NCBI GenBank assembly: GCA_050251055.1
Contig: JBFWNL010000002.1
Coordinates: forward strand, 320,001-384,000
Reading direction: 5' to 3'
Length of the DNA stretch: 64,000 nucleotides
Origin: Bacteriovoracia bacterium
GTDB taxonomy: Bacteria > Bdellovibrionota > UBA1018 > JBFWNL01
Part shown: positions 1 to 10,018 of the stretch, in pieces
Layout of the letters: every line of letters begins with the position of its first letter
Position numbering within the stretch: position 1 is the first letter of the stretch
Translations under genes and position numbers: made by a program
Notes under the pieces: generated by a model
The model's input: the letters and a program-made list of their open reading frames with translations, nothing else
Database searches by the model: none
What the model was told of the DNA's origin: nothing

Positions 1-75
1 GCCGTGGCCGTAGCTCCGACTCAAGAATAACCGCGCTTCGCTTCCCGCAGGGGCCGCGAGGCCCCGGAGGCACGC

Positions 76-942
76 ATGAATCTAGAACAGCCTTTCCAGA
101 AAGCGCTCGAAAAGTACCTCGATAAGCCCACGGACCCGACTCCCCGCAATTTGGCGGACTCGATCCGCTACAGCCTGCTCGCCGAAGGCAAGCGCATCCG
201 TCCCCGTCTCGCCATCGCCTGCGGCGAGATGCTGGGACTCCCACTCGACACCACCCTGCCGCCGGCGCTCGCCATTGAGATGATTCATTGCTTTACCTTG
301 ATCCATGACGATCTTCCCTGCATGGATGACGACGATTTCCGCCGCGGTAAGCCTTCTAACCACAAAGTGTATGGCGAAGCGCTCGCGCTCTTGGCCGGTG
401 ATTCACTCATGCCGTTGGCGACCGAAGTTTTTTCGGAAGCCGCCGAGTTCGTGGCCCCCGCGAATTTCATGGCGGGGCTTCGCCGCTACCTCGACGCCGT
501 CGGCCCGCGCGGCGTGATGGGCGGGCAAGCCGCCGAGTTCAATCTATCGGCTAAATCAAGCTTTGAAGAGCTCCGCCACATGCACCGCAAGAAGACCGGA
601 GCGCTCTTCGAGGCCGCCATCCTCATCCCAAAAGATTTCGCGGGCATTTCGGATACGAGCCCTCAGGGCGCGGCCATTTGCCGATTCGCCGAAGAGCTAG
701 GCATGGGCTTTCAGGTCGCCGACGACTTCGAAGATATCGAGCAAGATAAAGTGAAGAACGGCGCCGACGGTCAAATGAAGCCCACGAGCATCCTACATTA
801 TATGTCCCACAAGGAAGCTGTGGACTACGCCTCCTCGCGCATGCGGGCGGCGCACCAGCAACTCGAGCAGCACTTAGGGCCGAAGTGCGCCATCTTGCTT
901 AAAATCTCGGAAGAAGTCCTTCGCCGCATCAAGAAGGCCTGA
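76..942 (+). CDS. ispA: Polyprenyl (farnesyl) diphosphate synthase
   Basis: GKRIRP, LIHDDLPCMDDDDFRRGKPSNH (first Asp-rich motif), KTGALF, FQVADD. Confidence 0.93.
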   Translation: MNLEQPFQKALEKYLDKPTDPTPRNLADSIRYSLLAEGKRIRPRLAIACGEMLGLPLDTTLPPALAIEMIHCFTLIHDDLPCMDDDDFRRGKPSNHKVYGEALALLAGDSLMPLATEVFSEAAEFVAPANFMAGLRRYLDAVGPRGVMGGQAAEFNLSAKSSFEELRHMHRKKTGALFEAAILIPKDFAGISDTSPQGAAICRFAEELGMGFQVADDFEDIEQDKVKNGADGQMKPTSILHYMSHKEAVDYASSRMRAAHQQLEQHLGPKCAILLKISEEVLRRIKKA

Positions 943-950
943 ACCAAGAA

Positions 951-1730
951 ATGAAAATCGGGGTCTTCGATTCCGGCATCGGTGGCGTAACCGTGTTAAA
1001 AGAAATGCGCCAGGTGTTTCCTGGAGCCGACTTCGCCTATTTCGGCGACACCGCCAACGTTCCCTATGGAACCAAGAGTGCTCACCAAATCCTCGCCCTT
1101 TCCCAATCAGCGGCTAACCGCTTGCGTGCGCACCGCCTAGATGCCCTCATCATCGCCTGCAACACCGCCTCGAGCCTGGCCTTGCCCGAATTCGAACGCA
1201 TACTCGCCCCTATGCCCGTCGTCGGCGTGGTTACCGCCGGCGTCGAGTCCGTCCGCCAACGGCTGCCCCAACCGAAGGGGAACACACGTCCCGTCGTGAT
1301 CTTCGGTACCCGAGCTACGGTTAATAGCCACGTATACCTGCGCCTGCTGACCGCGTCCGCGCCTACGCTCTCGGTTCAGGAACAAGCTTGTCCGCTGCTC
1401 GTGCCCATGATCGAAGAAGGTTGGGTCGAACACCCCATTCTCCGCACGACCTTGCGCGAATACACCCAACCTTACGCAAAACTTCCTCCCGGGGTCGCGC
1501 TCCTTGCCTGCACGCACTACCCCTGGATCCGCCGGGCGTTCGAGGCCGAGCTCCCCGGCTGGGCGATCGTGGATTCCGCCGAGGCCGTCGCACTGGCGGC
1601 CCGGACCCGACTCGGGACGCCCCCCGCGTCCGGTACTACGGGAAAACTAGAGTGGTATTTCTCTGATCCGGAAGGAGTCGCCGACTTCGTGTTCGAGGGG
1701 CCGCGGCCGGCCAAGCTCGCGACTTTCTAA
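951..1730 (+). CDS. murI: Glutamate racemase
   Basis: IGVFDSGIGG, PYGTK, IACNTAS and LACTHYP catalytic Cys motifs. Confidence 0.95.
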   Translation: MKIGVFDSGIGGVTVLKEMRQVFPGADFAYFGDTANVPYGTKSAHQILALSQSAANRLRAHRLDALIIACNTASSLALPEFERILAPMPVVGVVTAGVESVRQRLPQPKGNTRPVVIFGTRATVNSHVYLRLLTASAPTLSVQEQACPLLVPMIEEGWVEHPILRTTLREYTQPYAKLPPGVALLACTHYPWIRRAFEAELPGWAIVDSAEAVALAARTRLGTPPASGTTGKLEWYFSDPEGVADFVFEGPRPAKLATF

Positions 1731-1809
1731 AGATAAGTGCGCCGCGTTATTTTATTCCCCCCTCATTTCACTATTTAAAACCGATGAAACTAGGGTTACG
1801 GTGACGGCC

Positions 1810-2295
1810 ATGAAAAATTTCAATCAAGCATTAGCCGGTCTTTTCACGATTCTCGCCCTCGTGGGCGCCGCTCCCGCGCAGGCGGCGGATGGCGAGCATA
1901 TCCACGATTGGGAGTTCGGCGCTTTCGTGGGCGTTCATAGCTCCAGTGGACATTCCTCTTCGGCCTTCGGCGCGGAGCTGGAATATCGGCTGAGCCTGGG
2001 CAGCGAAAACGTGCGCAACTTCGGGGTCGGCCCGATCGTCGAAATCGCGACCTCCAGCCCCTCCACCACGTTGCTCGGTCTGGGCGTATTTATCCATGCC
2101 TACAAAGGCTGGCGCATCATCGCCGCGCCCGGTTTGGAAATCGTCAGCGGCGGCAACTCGGCCATCTTCCGCGTTGGCACGGGATACGACTTCACGATCT
2201 CCGATCACGTCGTCGTCGGCCCCGAAATCGCCGGCGACTTCTCGTCGAGCCACACTTCAGTGGTTTACGGCGTGCATTTCGGTTTCGGCTTCTAA
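1810..2295 (+). CDS. Small outer-membrane beta-barrel protein, function unknown
   Basis: Signal peptide ending AQA, amphipathic beta strands, C-terminal HFGFGF. Confidence 0.7.
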   Translation: MKNFNQALAGLFTILALVGAAPAQAADGEHIHDWEFGAFVGVHSSSGHSSSAFGAELEYRLSLGSENVRNFGVGPIVEIATSSPSTTLLGLGVFIHAYKGWRIIAAPGLEIVSGGNSAIFRVGTGYDFTISDHVVVGPEIAGDFSSSHTSVVYGVHFGFGF

Positions 2296-2321
2296 AGTTA
2301 CTTTCGTTTTCAACGATCTTT

Positions 2322-2361
2322 GAACGGCGTTCCGTGGACAACGGAACGCCGTTCTCATTTT
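2322..2361 (+). terminator. Probable intrinsic terminator
   Basis: Perfect 14-bp inverted repeat GAACGGCGTTCCGT/ACGGAACGCCGTTC with 5-nt loop, followed by a short T-rich tract. Confidence 0.65.
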
Positions 2362-2392
2362 CAGGATTGCCAGAAGGTTCGATCCCCTGTAG

Positions 2393-2731
2393 ATGCGTCG
2401 CATGACGTTTAATCAGGCATTGGTGGTAGGCGGATTATTGGTAGCGGCGGTGTTCAGCGCGGGCTGCAACAACGCAACCGGCGATCAGCAAGGCCAAGCT
2501 TCGTACAATTACTTGTTGTGTGAAAACTGCTCGAAGCCAGACGGCAGCGGCTGTCAGACCGACCAAGCCCAGTGCGGCGGCGGCTGTACCACGGGCCAGC
2601 ACTCCTACAATTCAAAGGTCGACTATTGCAACGGCCTGAATAATCGCGCGGCAAACAACAACTGCGCGACCGGACCGCGGCAAACTCAATTCGAGCAAGC
2701 AGGCTGCGCCGGATCCTTTACGAATAACTAG
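2393..2731 (+). CDS. Small Cys-rich lipoprotein
   Basis: Lipobox-like FSAG-C, then 8 further Cys in about 87 residues. Confidence 0.7.
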   Translation: MRRMTFNQALVVGGLLVAAVFSAGCNNATGDQQGQASYNYLLCENCSKPDGSGCQTDQAQCGGGCTTGQHSYNSKVDYCNGLNNRAANNNCATGPRQTQFEQAGCAGSFTNN

Positions 2732-3261
2732 TATTTGAAGAAGTCGCGAATAGGCTTCTGCGCGAGCGCGACGAGCTCTTCCGCCATCTTGTGCAGAAGC
2801 TTGAGCTTGTCGAGGGCGACCGATTCACCGCCCAGGACCTTCTCGCGCTTAAAACTCTGCATCTCGCCTTCCTTCTTCAGCTCGCGGATGCGCTTGCGGG
2901 CGCCTTCGATGGAATAGCGCTCATTATATAGAAGATGTTTAATGAGAAGCAGCGTCTCCACTTCCGAACGCCGGTATACGCGCTGGCCGGAAACGGACTT
3001 CGATGGCGATAGAATAGGAAACTCGGATTCCCAGTAACGAAGGACGTAAGGCTTCACGCCCACGAGTTCGGAAACATCGCCGATCCGGAAAAAGAGACGA
3101 TCCGGGATCTGCACGTTGGGAGTAGTGCTAGGGCTAGCGGCCGAGGACGGAGTCGTCTCGGGGCTAGGCATATCGTTTTCAGGGTTGAGCAACCCGTCCG
3201 CCAGGCTAGGGTTCAATCCCGATTGGCCCGGTTCAAACGAGTTCTGGATGTCGCCGTCCAT
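2728..3261 (-). CDS. MerR-family transcriptional regulator (ihfA-associated)
   Basis: FFRIGDVSELVGVKPYVLRYWESEF MerR HTH; usual position downstream of ihfA. Confidence 0.9.
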   Translation of the reverse strand: MDGDIQNSFEPGQSGLNPSLADGLLNPENDMPSPETTPSSAASPSTTPNVQIPDRLFFRIGDVSELVGVKPYVLRYWESEFPILSPSKSVSGQRVYRRSEVETLLLIKHLLYNERYSIEGARKRIRELKKEGEMQSFKREKVLGGESVALDKLKLLHKMAEELVALAQKPIRDFFKY

Positions 3262-3292
3262 GGGCTACCTCCGCGTGGTAATCAAACTCCGT

Positions 3293-3637
3293 TTAATCTT
3301 CGTCGTCTTCGTCTTCGTCCTGATGCTTACCCGGAACGATGGGCTTGCCTTCGAGGCTGGTGTTCACTTCCGCCCGCAGGACCTGCGAAGGACGGAAAGT
3401 CAGCACGCGGCGCGCCGTAATCTCGATGCTTTCACCCGTTTGCGGGTTACGGCCAATACGCGCGCGTTTTTCTCGGATAACAAAGTTACCAAAGCCAGAA
3501 ATTTTGATCTTTTGGCCCTGTGAGAGCGTCCCTTTTAGCGTGTCGAAAACTAATTCGACCAGATCGGCGGCTTCCTTCTTGGAAAAGCCAATCTTTTCAT
3601 AGAGCGCTTCGACAATATCGGCCTTCGTCATTGCCAC
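3293..3637 (-). CDS. ihfA: Integration host factor alpha subunit
   Basis: MTKADIVE..KISGFGNF..GRNPQTGE; follows pheT. Confidence 0.93.
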   Translation of the reverse strand: MAMTKADIVEALYEKIGFSKKEAADLVELVFDTLKGTLSQGQKIKISGFGNFVIREKRARIGRNPQTGESIEITARRVLTFRPSQVLRAEVNTSLEGKPIVPGKHQDEDEDDED

Positions 3638-3723
3638 GGTATTTTTCTCCTCCCTGATCCATCCCCTAGAAATTCACCCGCCGAAAAAACCTTTAAAATC
3701 ACGGGGAATTCGAGCAAAAATCG

Positions 3724-6210
3724 CTACCGCAGTTGCGCTCCTAACTTAGTTTTCCACTCAGTCAGAATTTTTTCTGAAGCTTGATCGGCTTCAGATTCTT
3801 GCAAGCTGCGTCCCTCTTCAGAAAAGATAACCCGAACCGAGACGCTTGTCATCCCCTGAGCTACTTGATGTCCGCGATATTTATCGAAAATTCTGACTTG
3901 TTTGACGAGGGGCTTCCCAACCTTCCACGCGAGTTGAGTAATTTGCTCGGCGCTGACTGAGTCTTGGACCAAAAGGGAGAAATCTCGCTCGATCGTCGGG
4001 AACTCTGACCACGGATCAAAGATCTTCGTCAGAAACTTGGCGCCCCTAGCGAGCACCAGCTGCGAAAGCTGCTCCCAATCCAACTCCGCCAGCCATAGCG
4101 CGTCACGAAATTTCAGCTTCTTGGCGAGCGCTGGATGGGCCAGGCCCATTACCCCCAACGTTTTCGTTCCTAGCTTCAATTCCGCGCTCTGGCCGGGGTG
4201 AAAAAGGGCGGACAGAGGGCCTGTCACCCCCGCTTGCAGCTTGATGCCCCGGACGTCGAGGCTTTGCAGCAGGCCATCTACGGCGGCTTTGAGGTCGTAG
4301 AAGTCGACGGCCTGGAGATCGGAATTCAAGCCCCCGGCGTAACGCGGTCCACTCAAAGCCAGCGCCAACTTCCACTTCTCCTGTACGCCCGTTTCCATTT
4401 CCCCACCCGCTTGGCCTTTAGCACCGACGGTCACCCCGTCGGCGACAAAGTAGCTTGGGCGGATCTCGAACAGACGCAGGCTCAGGGGTTCCGAACCGAA
4501 GTGATGGTTCCAGTTATGTAATGATGCGCGCACCATCTCGGGAAGCAACGACGGGACTAGGACTTCCTGGTCTTCGCTGAGCGGGTTGAGGATCGGCGTG
4601 CCCTGCATGCCGAACTGGGCCAAGGCGGCGCGGCTGGTGAAAGCATAATGAACGGTTTCACAGAAGCCCATTTCAGCCAGCGCGTCTTGCGCGGCGAACA
4701 TCAACTTCAGCTGCTGGGGCTGGCGATAGGCCGCGGACGGGGTCGGCATGCCCGACAATTGCGGGATCGTGGCCGGGATCTTGTCGTAGCCCACGGTGCG
4801 CGCGATTTCTTCGGCCAAATCCTCGGGAATACCCAGGTCCGGGCGATACGTAGGCGTAGAGACTTTCCAAGTGTCGCCTTGCGCCTGTACCTCACAACCC
4901 AAGTCCTGCAGGATTTTTTGCGCGGCGGACGCGGTGACTTCAAGACCCAAGAAGTCCGTAAAATACTGCGGCTTCACCGTCACGACCTTGCGTGCGTACT
5001 TTTTCGGATCGCGCGACGGATGCAGACACGCGGCCCCACCCACGATCTTGCCGCCGGCAAGCTGCGTAATCAGCTGGGCCAAACGCGAGAGCGCGTAGTG
5101 CTGGCCTTGCGGATCGATCCCTTTTTCGAAGCGCATCGCCGCTTCCGAACGGCGCAGGTGCTTGATTGCCGTGCGGCGCACGTGCGAGGGAGAGAATTCT
5201 GCGCATTCTAAGAAGAGTTTGGTCGTGCCGTCTTGCACTTCGGAATTCCCGCCGCCCATGACGCCAGCCAAGCCCACCGCGCGGTCGCCGTCGGAGATCA
5301 CCAGTTCCGAGCCGTCTAAAGTCACGGTCTGGCCGTCGAGCAGCGGCAGCTTTTCATCTTTTTTGCCGAAACGAACACCGAGCGACTTCGCGGACAGCTT
5401 ATCGGCATCGTACGCGTGCGTAGGCTGTCCGACCTCAAATAGGAGCAGATTCGTCGCGTCTACCACGTTATTGATCGAACGCTGTCCAACGGCGGCCAGG
5501 CGTTTCACCACCCATTCCGGCGACGGACCGACCTTCACACCTTCGAGGTAACAACCCCAGAACTGCGGGGCGTTTTCATCGGTCGTGTATTTGATTTGAA
5601 TCGGCGAGCCCGTGGTTGGTACCAAAGTCACGGCGGGCTTCTTCACGGCTTGGCCAGTGGCGGCCGCGATTTCGCGCGCCAGGCCCAGATGGCTCAAACA
5701 ATCGCCGCGATTCGGCGTTACTTTTAAATCAAATATAATGTCATCGAGGCCGAGGAATTCTGCGAGGGGTTTACCGAGCGGAGCATCGGCGGGCAGGATC
5801 AAAATCCCTTCCGATTTATCCTTAAGCTTTAACTCTTCTTCCGAGCAGAGCATGCCGAACGATTCCACGCCACGGATCTTGCTCTTCGTAATTTTGAGAC
5901 CGTTCGGGAGATCGGCGCCAATTTGCGCAACGGCGACGCGGTCACCCGCCTTCATGTTCTGAGCGCCGCAGACGATTTCTAATGGCTCCCCGGAGCCGAG
6001 GGTAATTTTGCACAGGCTTAAACGATCGGCCTGCGGGTGCTTGTTACGCTCTAAGATCTGGCCGACCACGACTTTGTCAAAGCCCTTACCTTGCGCTTCG
6101 ATGCCTTCCACTTCCAAACCGCGCGCGGTCAGGCAATCGCCCAACGCTTGCGGCGTTTTGAACGAGCTTAAATCGACGAATTCGGCGAGCCACTTCCAAG
6201 ACGTCTTCAT
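3724..6210 (-). CDS. pheT: Phenylalanyl-tRNA synthetase beta subunit
   Basis: IVCGAQN, GMLCSEEEL, TPNRGDCLS, RFEKGID, EDLAEEIAR, C-terminal FDX-ACB. Confidence 0.98.
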   Translation of the reverse strand: MKTSWKWLAEFVDLSSFKTPQALGDCLTARGLEVEGIEAQGKGFDKVVVGQILERNKHPQADRLSLCKITLGSGEPLEIVCGAQNMKAGDRVAVAQIGADLPNGLKITKSKIRGVESFGMLCSEEELKLKDKSEGILILPADAPLGKPLAEFLGLDDIIFDLKVTPNRGDCLSHLGLAREIAAATGQAVKKPAVTLVPTTGSPIQIKYTTDENAPQFWGCYLEGVKVGPSPEWVVKRLAAVGQRSINNVVDATNLLLFEVGQPTHAYDADKLSAKSLGVRFGKKDEKLPLLDGQTVTLDGSELVISDGDRAVGLAGVMGGGNSEVQDGTTKLFLECAEFSPSHVRRTAIKHLRRSEAAMRFEKGIDPQGQHYALSRLAQLITQLAGGKIVGGAACLHPSRDPKKYARKVVTVKPQYFTDFLGLEVTASAAQKILQDLGCEVQAQGDTWKVSTPTYRPDLGIPEDLAEEIARTVGYDKIPATIPQLSGMPTPSAAYRQPQQLKLMFAAQDALAEMGFCETVHYAFTSRAALAQFGMQGTPILNPLSEDQEVLVPSLLPEMVRASLHNWNHHFGSEPLSLRLFEIRPSYFVADGVTVGAKGQAGGEMETGVQEKWKLALALSGPRYAGGLNSDLQAVDFYDLKAAVDGLLQSLDVRGIKLQAGVTGPLSALFHPGQSAELKLGTKTLGVMGLAHPALAKKLKFRDALWLAELDWEQLSQLVLARGAKFLTKIFDPWSEFPTIERDFSLLVQDSVSAEQITQLAWKVGKPLVKQVRIFDKYRGHQVAQGMTSVSVRVIFSEEGRSLQESEADQASEKILTEWKTKLGAQLR

Positions 6211-7244
6211 TAGAACTGCCTCACGAAGCGCATGTCGCCCTGGTAGAGCAGACGAATGTCGGTGATTTCATGCAGGAGCATGGCGATGCGCTCGACGCCC
6301 ATGCCGAACGCGAAGCCGGTAAGCCCTGGCTCGTCCGCATACGCGGGGCCGGCGGTCTTGAAAAGATTCGGGTGCACCATACCAGCGCCCAAGATTTCGA
6401 GCCAGCCGCTGCCGCGGCAAACTTTACAGGTTGGGTTGATCGATTTGCGGCACAGGAAACAACTCACATCGACTTCCGCGCCCGGTTCGACGAACGGGAA
6501 GTAACTGGGACGTAGGCGGATCTTCGACTCGTTTCCGAACATTTCCTTGGCGAAGAATTCAAGCGTGCCCTTGAGATCGCTCATTTTCGTGCCGTGATCC
6601 ACCCACAGGCCTTCGACCTGGTGGAACATCGGAGAATGGGTCGCGTCGCTGTCGCAGCGAAATACGGCTCCCGGACATAAGATACGCACGGGCCACTTGC
6701 GTTCCCGCATCGTGCGCATCTGCACCGACGTGGTATGCGTGCGCAGCACGACGCCGGGTCCCAGAAAGAAGGTATCCTGCATGTCGCGCGCGGGGTGATC
6801 CTTCGGCATGTTCGCGGCTTCAAAATTCAAGAAGTCGGTCTCGGCCTCGGGGCCGGTGGTGACGTCAAAGCCAATGCGCGAGAAAATTTCGATGATCTTG
6901 CGGGTCGTTTGGGTGATCGGGTGCAGAGCGCCCCGATGTTCCATACGCGCGGGCATGGTGACGTCGATGCGCTCGTTGGCGAGCTGCTCGCCTAAGGCGG
7001 CGGCGTCGAGCGTTTCGCGACGAGCCTCAATCGCGGCTTCGATCTTGCCTTTCCATTGGTTGGCGACGGCGCCGATCTTCGGGCGATCTTCGGCGGAGGC
7101 CTGGCCCAAGCCACGTAGGACTTCGCTGAGCGCGCCTTTTTTACCGAGGACGGATACACGAATGCCTTCGAGCGCCTCCAGGGAGGAAGCAGCCTCGACG
7201 TCTTTCAAGGCCTGCGCTCCGATCGCATCCAACTTGTCTATCAT
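6210..7244 (-). CDS. pheS: Phenylalanyl-tRNA synthetase alpha subunit
   Basis: HPARDMQDTF, DATHSPMFHQVEGL, RPSYFPFVEP, GFAFGMGVERIAML. Confidence 0.98.
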   Translation of the reverse strand: MIDKLDAIGAQALKDVEAASSLEALEGIRVSVLGKKGALSEVLRGLGQASAEDRPKIGAVANQWKGKIEAAIEARRETLDAAALGEQLANERIDVTMPARMEHRGALHPITQTTRKIIEIFSRIGFDVTTGPEAETDFLNFEAANMPKDHPARDMQDTFFLGPGVVLRTHTTSVQMRTMRERKWPVRILCPGAVFRCDSDATHSPMFHQVEGLWVDHGTKMSDLKGTLEFFAKEMFGNESKIRLRPSYFPFVEPGAEVDVSCFLCRKSINPTCKVCRGSGWLEILGAGMVHPNLFKTAGPAYADEPGLTGFAFGMGVERIAMLLHEITDIRLLYQGDMRFVRQF

Positions 7245-7280
7245 AAGTTCGTAGGGCGACGTTCGGTGCCCAAACTGCGT

Positions 7281-7643
7281 TTAGATCGCGGGAGCAGCCG
7301 AGCGCACTTGCTCGATGATCGCGGTGAAGCCGCTCGGATCGTGAATGGCGATTTCCGAGAGCATCTTGCGATTCAAGCCGACTTTCGACTTGGTCATCGC
7401 GGCGATCATGCGGCTGTAGCTCATGTTGTTGGCCACGGCAGCGGCCGACAGGCGGCCTACCCAAAGCTCGCGGAAGGACCGCTTGCGTACGCGACGATCG
7501 CGGTATTCGTACACGCGCGCGCGATCGACGGCTTCGGACATGCGGCGGAACTCGGTCCGGCGTCCAATCAAAAATCCTTCGGCGCGATCGCGAATCTTGC
7601 TACGGCGATGACGGCGTTTAAAACCACGTTTTGCACGAGACAT
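7281..7643 (-). CDS. rplT: 50S ribosomal protein L20
   Basis: YRDRRVRKRSFRELW, LNRKMLSEIA. Confidence 0.97.
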   Translation of the reverse strand: MSRAKRGFKRRHRRSKIRDRAEGFLIGRRTEFRRMSEAVDRARVYEYRDRRVRKRSFRELWVGRLSAAAVANNMSYSRMIAAMTKSKVGLNRKMLSEIAIHDPSGFTAIIEQVRSAAPAI

Positions 7644-7668
7644 TTTGCATTACTCCTAAGAAAAAATA

Positions 7669-7869
7669 CTACGCGCCGTAAGGCAGGCAGCGTTCCATGT
7701 TTTTGCGGGCGCCGGCGTCCAAAGTGGACGAATGGCGGAGCTTCAATTTCGTTTTCGTGCCCCACTTACCCAAGTTGTGGCGCATTCCCGCGCGCTTGTA
7801 CTTCACCTTGCCAGTCGCGGTAAATTTAAAGCGCTTCGCGGCCGCGCTCTTTGTCTTCATCTTCGGCAT
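7669..7869 (-). CDS. rpmI: 50S ribosomal protein L35
   Basis: [21 protein letters not shown]; start moved to ATG 7869. Confidence 0.96.
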   Translation of the reverse strand: MPKMKTKSAAAKRFKFTATGKVKYKRAGMRHNLGKWGTKTKLKLRHSSTLDAGARKNMERCLPYGA

Positions 7870-7902
7870 AAAATCCTCGAGGTCGTTTTTTAGAAGAAAT
7901 GC

Positions 7903-7932
7903 ACCGTAACTCAGTCGGGCGTAAAAGGTCAA
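7903..7932 (-). promoter_or_regulatory. Putative sigma-70 promoter for rpmI-rplT-pheST
   Basis: TTGACC-18 nt-TACGGT on the minus strand upstream of rpmI. Confidence 0.4.
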
Positions 7933-8076
7933 GGGTTGAAGGGGGTTATCCACCCCACGAAGGCTTTAAATAGAACCGCGCATCCGGGACAAACCACCCC
8001 ATTTGTTGATGATTTTTGTCAATAAAATCAACCCCTTTTCAAGAGCCAATACTCTTCCCTCATCAGATGGCATGAC

Positions 8077-9876
8077 TCAGGGCTGCAGGATCAGCATCGA
8101 CGAGTTCGAAAACCGCCCCACCGCATATCCCTGCGCGTTCACCGCGACCACGCGGAAGCGGTACACGCCCCAGCCCGGCAAGTGCCGAATGGGTTGCACC
8201 AGGAAACGATAACGCGGCCCTTGGCCGATCGCATGCGTCAGCGCCATCGGATCGGGCCGCACGTCGTTCGGGGTTGAAAAGTCCATCCCCGGCCGGCTCA
8301 CTTCGAGGTAGCCCGCGACCATGCCGCTCGCGACGAACTCGCTCAAATCGTAATCCACTGGAATGGTGACGTTCGGGTTGTTCACCACGAGCGTCGTCTG
8401 TCCACCCAGGAGAGGTGGATTCGCGACGTCGCCGTTCGGAGGCGGCGTGTTCGTGGGGGTGGGGGTTGGCGTCGGCGTGGGGGTCGCGGTGGGTGTCGGG
8501 TTCGGCATGGGTTCGCCACTCGCCGCCGAAAGCACGGCTTGATAGGCGTTCACGCGTCCGTTCGAGACGACCTTGCCGTTGAGCGCCGCGACCGGGTCCA
8601 CCGAACCCAAGAGCAGCCGCTTCAAGTCCCAATACTGGAGGCTCGGATTCTTCGCCATCATGAGCGCCAGCACCCCTGACACCAGCGGCGTCGCCATCGA
8701 GGTTCCGCTCATGTTCTGATACGCGTTCCCGTTCTTCGCCGACCAGATCTGCTCGCCCGGTGCTCCGATGTGCACGGTGCGGGCGCCGTAATTCGAAAAC
8801 GAGGTCAGGGCGTCGTTTTGCCCGGTGGCCGCCACGGCAATCACGTTGTCCTCGGCGTAGTTCGAAGGATAGTTCGGCACCTGATCGTTATCGTCGCCGC
8901 GCCCGTCCTGCCCGCCATTGCCCGCGGCCGCGACAAAGAGAATGCCCGCCGCTTTCGCGCGTCGGACGGCGTCGAGCAAGGCCTGGAAGCTTTGGCTCGC
9001 GCCCCAGGAGTTGCTCATGATGTCGGCGTGATTGGCGATCGCGTAATCAATCGCCTGGATGGCGGCGGAAATCGAGCCACTGCCGTTACTGGCCAAGAAC
9101 TTCAACGCCATGAGCTTCACGCGCGGAGCGTGACCCGAAATCCCGATGCCATTGCCCCCTACCCCACCGATCGTGCCAGCTACGTGAGTGCCGTGGTAGT
9201 GGCTATCGTCGGCCTTAGGTTGGTTGTTGTTACCGACGAAGTTCCATCCGTAAACGTCGTCGACGTAACCATTGCCGTCGTCGTCGCGCCCGTTGCCCGG
9301 CGTTTCGCCTGGGTTTCGCCACATATTGTCGCGAAGATCCTCGTGATCGTAGTCGATACCGCTATCGATCACGGCCACGACAATGTCCGAACTGCCTTGG
9401 CTTAAGTCCCACGCCTGGGCCGATTGCACCTTCGCGTGCGCCCACTGCTGGGAAATCATGGGATCGTTCAAAACCGCCGCGGCGCTCGGACCTTCGAGCA
9501 CGTGCGCCTCCCCATCGGGCTCGACGAACTCGACATCGATGGAAGCTCGCAGTTCCGCGAGCCGGGCTTCGATCCGCGCCGGTTCGGGGTTGGCGAATTG
9601 GAGCGTGTAGAGGTTCTCCCCAATCACGTGCGCCTCGCTGCCGTGGCCTCCGGCCGTACGCAAATAATCGATCCGTTCGTGCGGAAAGCTCGATTGCAGG
9701 AGCGGCTTGCGAAACTGGATAATGTAGCGATTCTCGGTGACCGGGCTGCCATCGGGCAGGGGGACCGGAGAGGATTTTCCACAGGCGGCAACCGCGAATA
9801 TCCCCAGGGCGGCGACCCCGGCGAGCGCGCGCGTGAGCTTGAACTGCCATCTTCCGAGTTGAACCATCTTCGACAC
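8077..9876 (-). CDS. S8 subtilisin-like serine protease lipoprotein with PT linker and C-terminal beta-rich domain
   Basis: Lipobox AVAA-C; triad VAVIDSG, HGTHVAG, SGTSMATP; PT repeat linker. Confidence 0.95.
   Translation of the reverse strand: MSKMVQLGRWQFKLTRALAGVAALGIFAVAACGKSSPVPLPDGSPVTENRYIIQFRKPLLQSSFPHERIDYLRTAGGHGSEAHVIGENLYTLQFANPEPARIEARLAELRASIDVEFVEPDGEAHVLEGPSAAAVLNDPMISQQWAHAKVQSAQAWDLSQGSSDIVVAVIDSGIDYDHEDLRDNMWRNPGETPGNGRDDDGNGYVDDVYGWNFVGNNNQPKADDSHYHGTHVAGTIGGVGGNGIGISGHAPRVKLMALKFLASNGSGSISAAIQAIDYAIANHADIMSNSWGASQSFQALLDAVRRAKAAGILFVAAAGNGGQDGRGDDNDQVPNYPSNYAEDNVIAVAATGQNDALTSFSNYGARTVHIGAPGEQIWSAKNGNAYQNMSGTSMATPLVSGVLALMMAKNPSLQYWDLKRLLLGSVDPVAALNGKVVSNGRVNAYQAVLSAASGEPMPNPTPTATPTPTPTPTPTNTPPPNGDVANPPLLGGQTTLVVNNPNVTIPVDYDLSEFVASGMVAGYLEVSRPGMDFSTPNDVRPDPMALTHAIGQGPRYRFLVQPIRHLPGWGVYRFRVVAVNAQGYAVGRFSNSSMLILQP
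8443..8510 (-). repeat. Pro-Thr tandem linker (about 6-nt period) inside the subtilase
   Basis: PMPNPTPTATPTPTPTPTPTNTPP. Confidence 0.85.
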
Positions 9877-9963
9877 CTCTAGGTGCCGGATCGGTGACTA
9901 GGGGATGCGTCTTGAATGCTCCACTAATGAGCTAGGCATTCCTTGCCGACGGTCGAGTCCGCT

Positions 9964-10004
9964 AAAAAGAAAAACCCCGAGGAAGGACTTCCTTCCGCGG
10001 GGTT
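9964..10004 (-). terminator. Intrinsic terminator after infC
   Basis: Minus-strand stem AACCCCGCGGAAGG/CCTTCCTCGGGGTT followed by TTTCTTTTT. Confidence 0.8.
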
Positions 10005-10018
10005 CGTAAAGGGTGGGT

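Noticed and set aside
1-30. 3' end of an upstream CDS (AVAVAPTQE-stop)
   Set aside because: Too short to identify; not listed as a feature.
2370-2392. GGTTCGATCCC resembling a tRNA T-arm or att site
   Set aside because: The T-stem does not pair, there is no cloverleaf, and no integrase is nearby.
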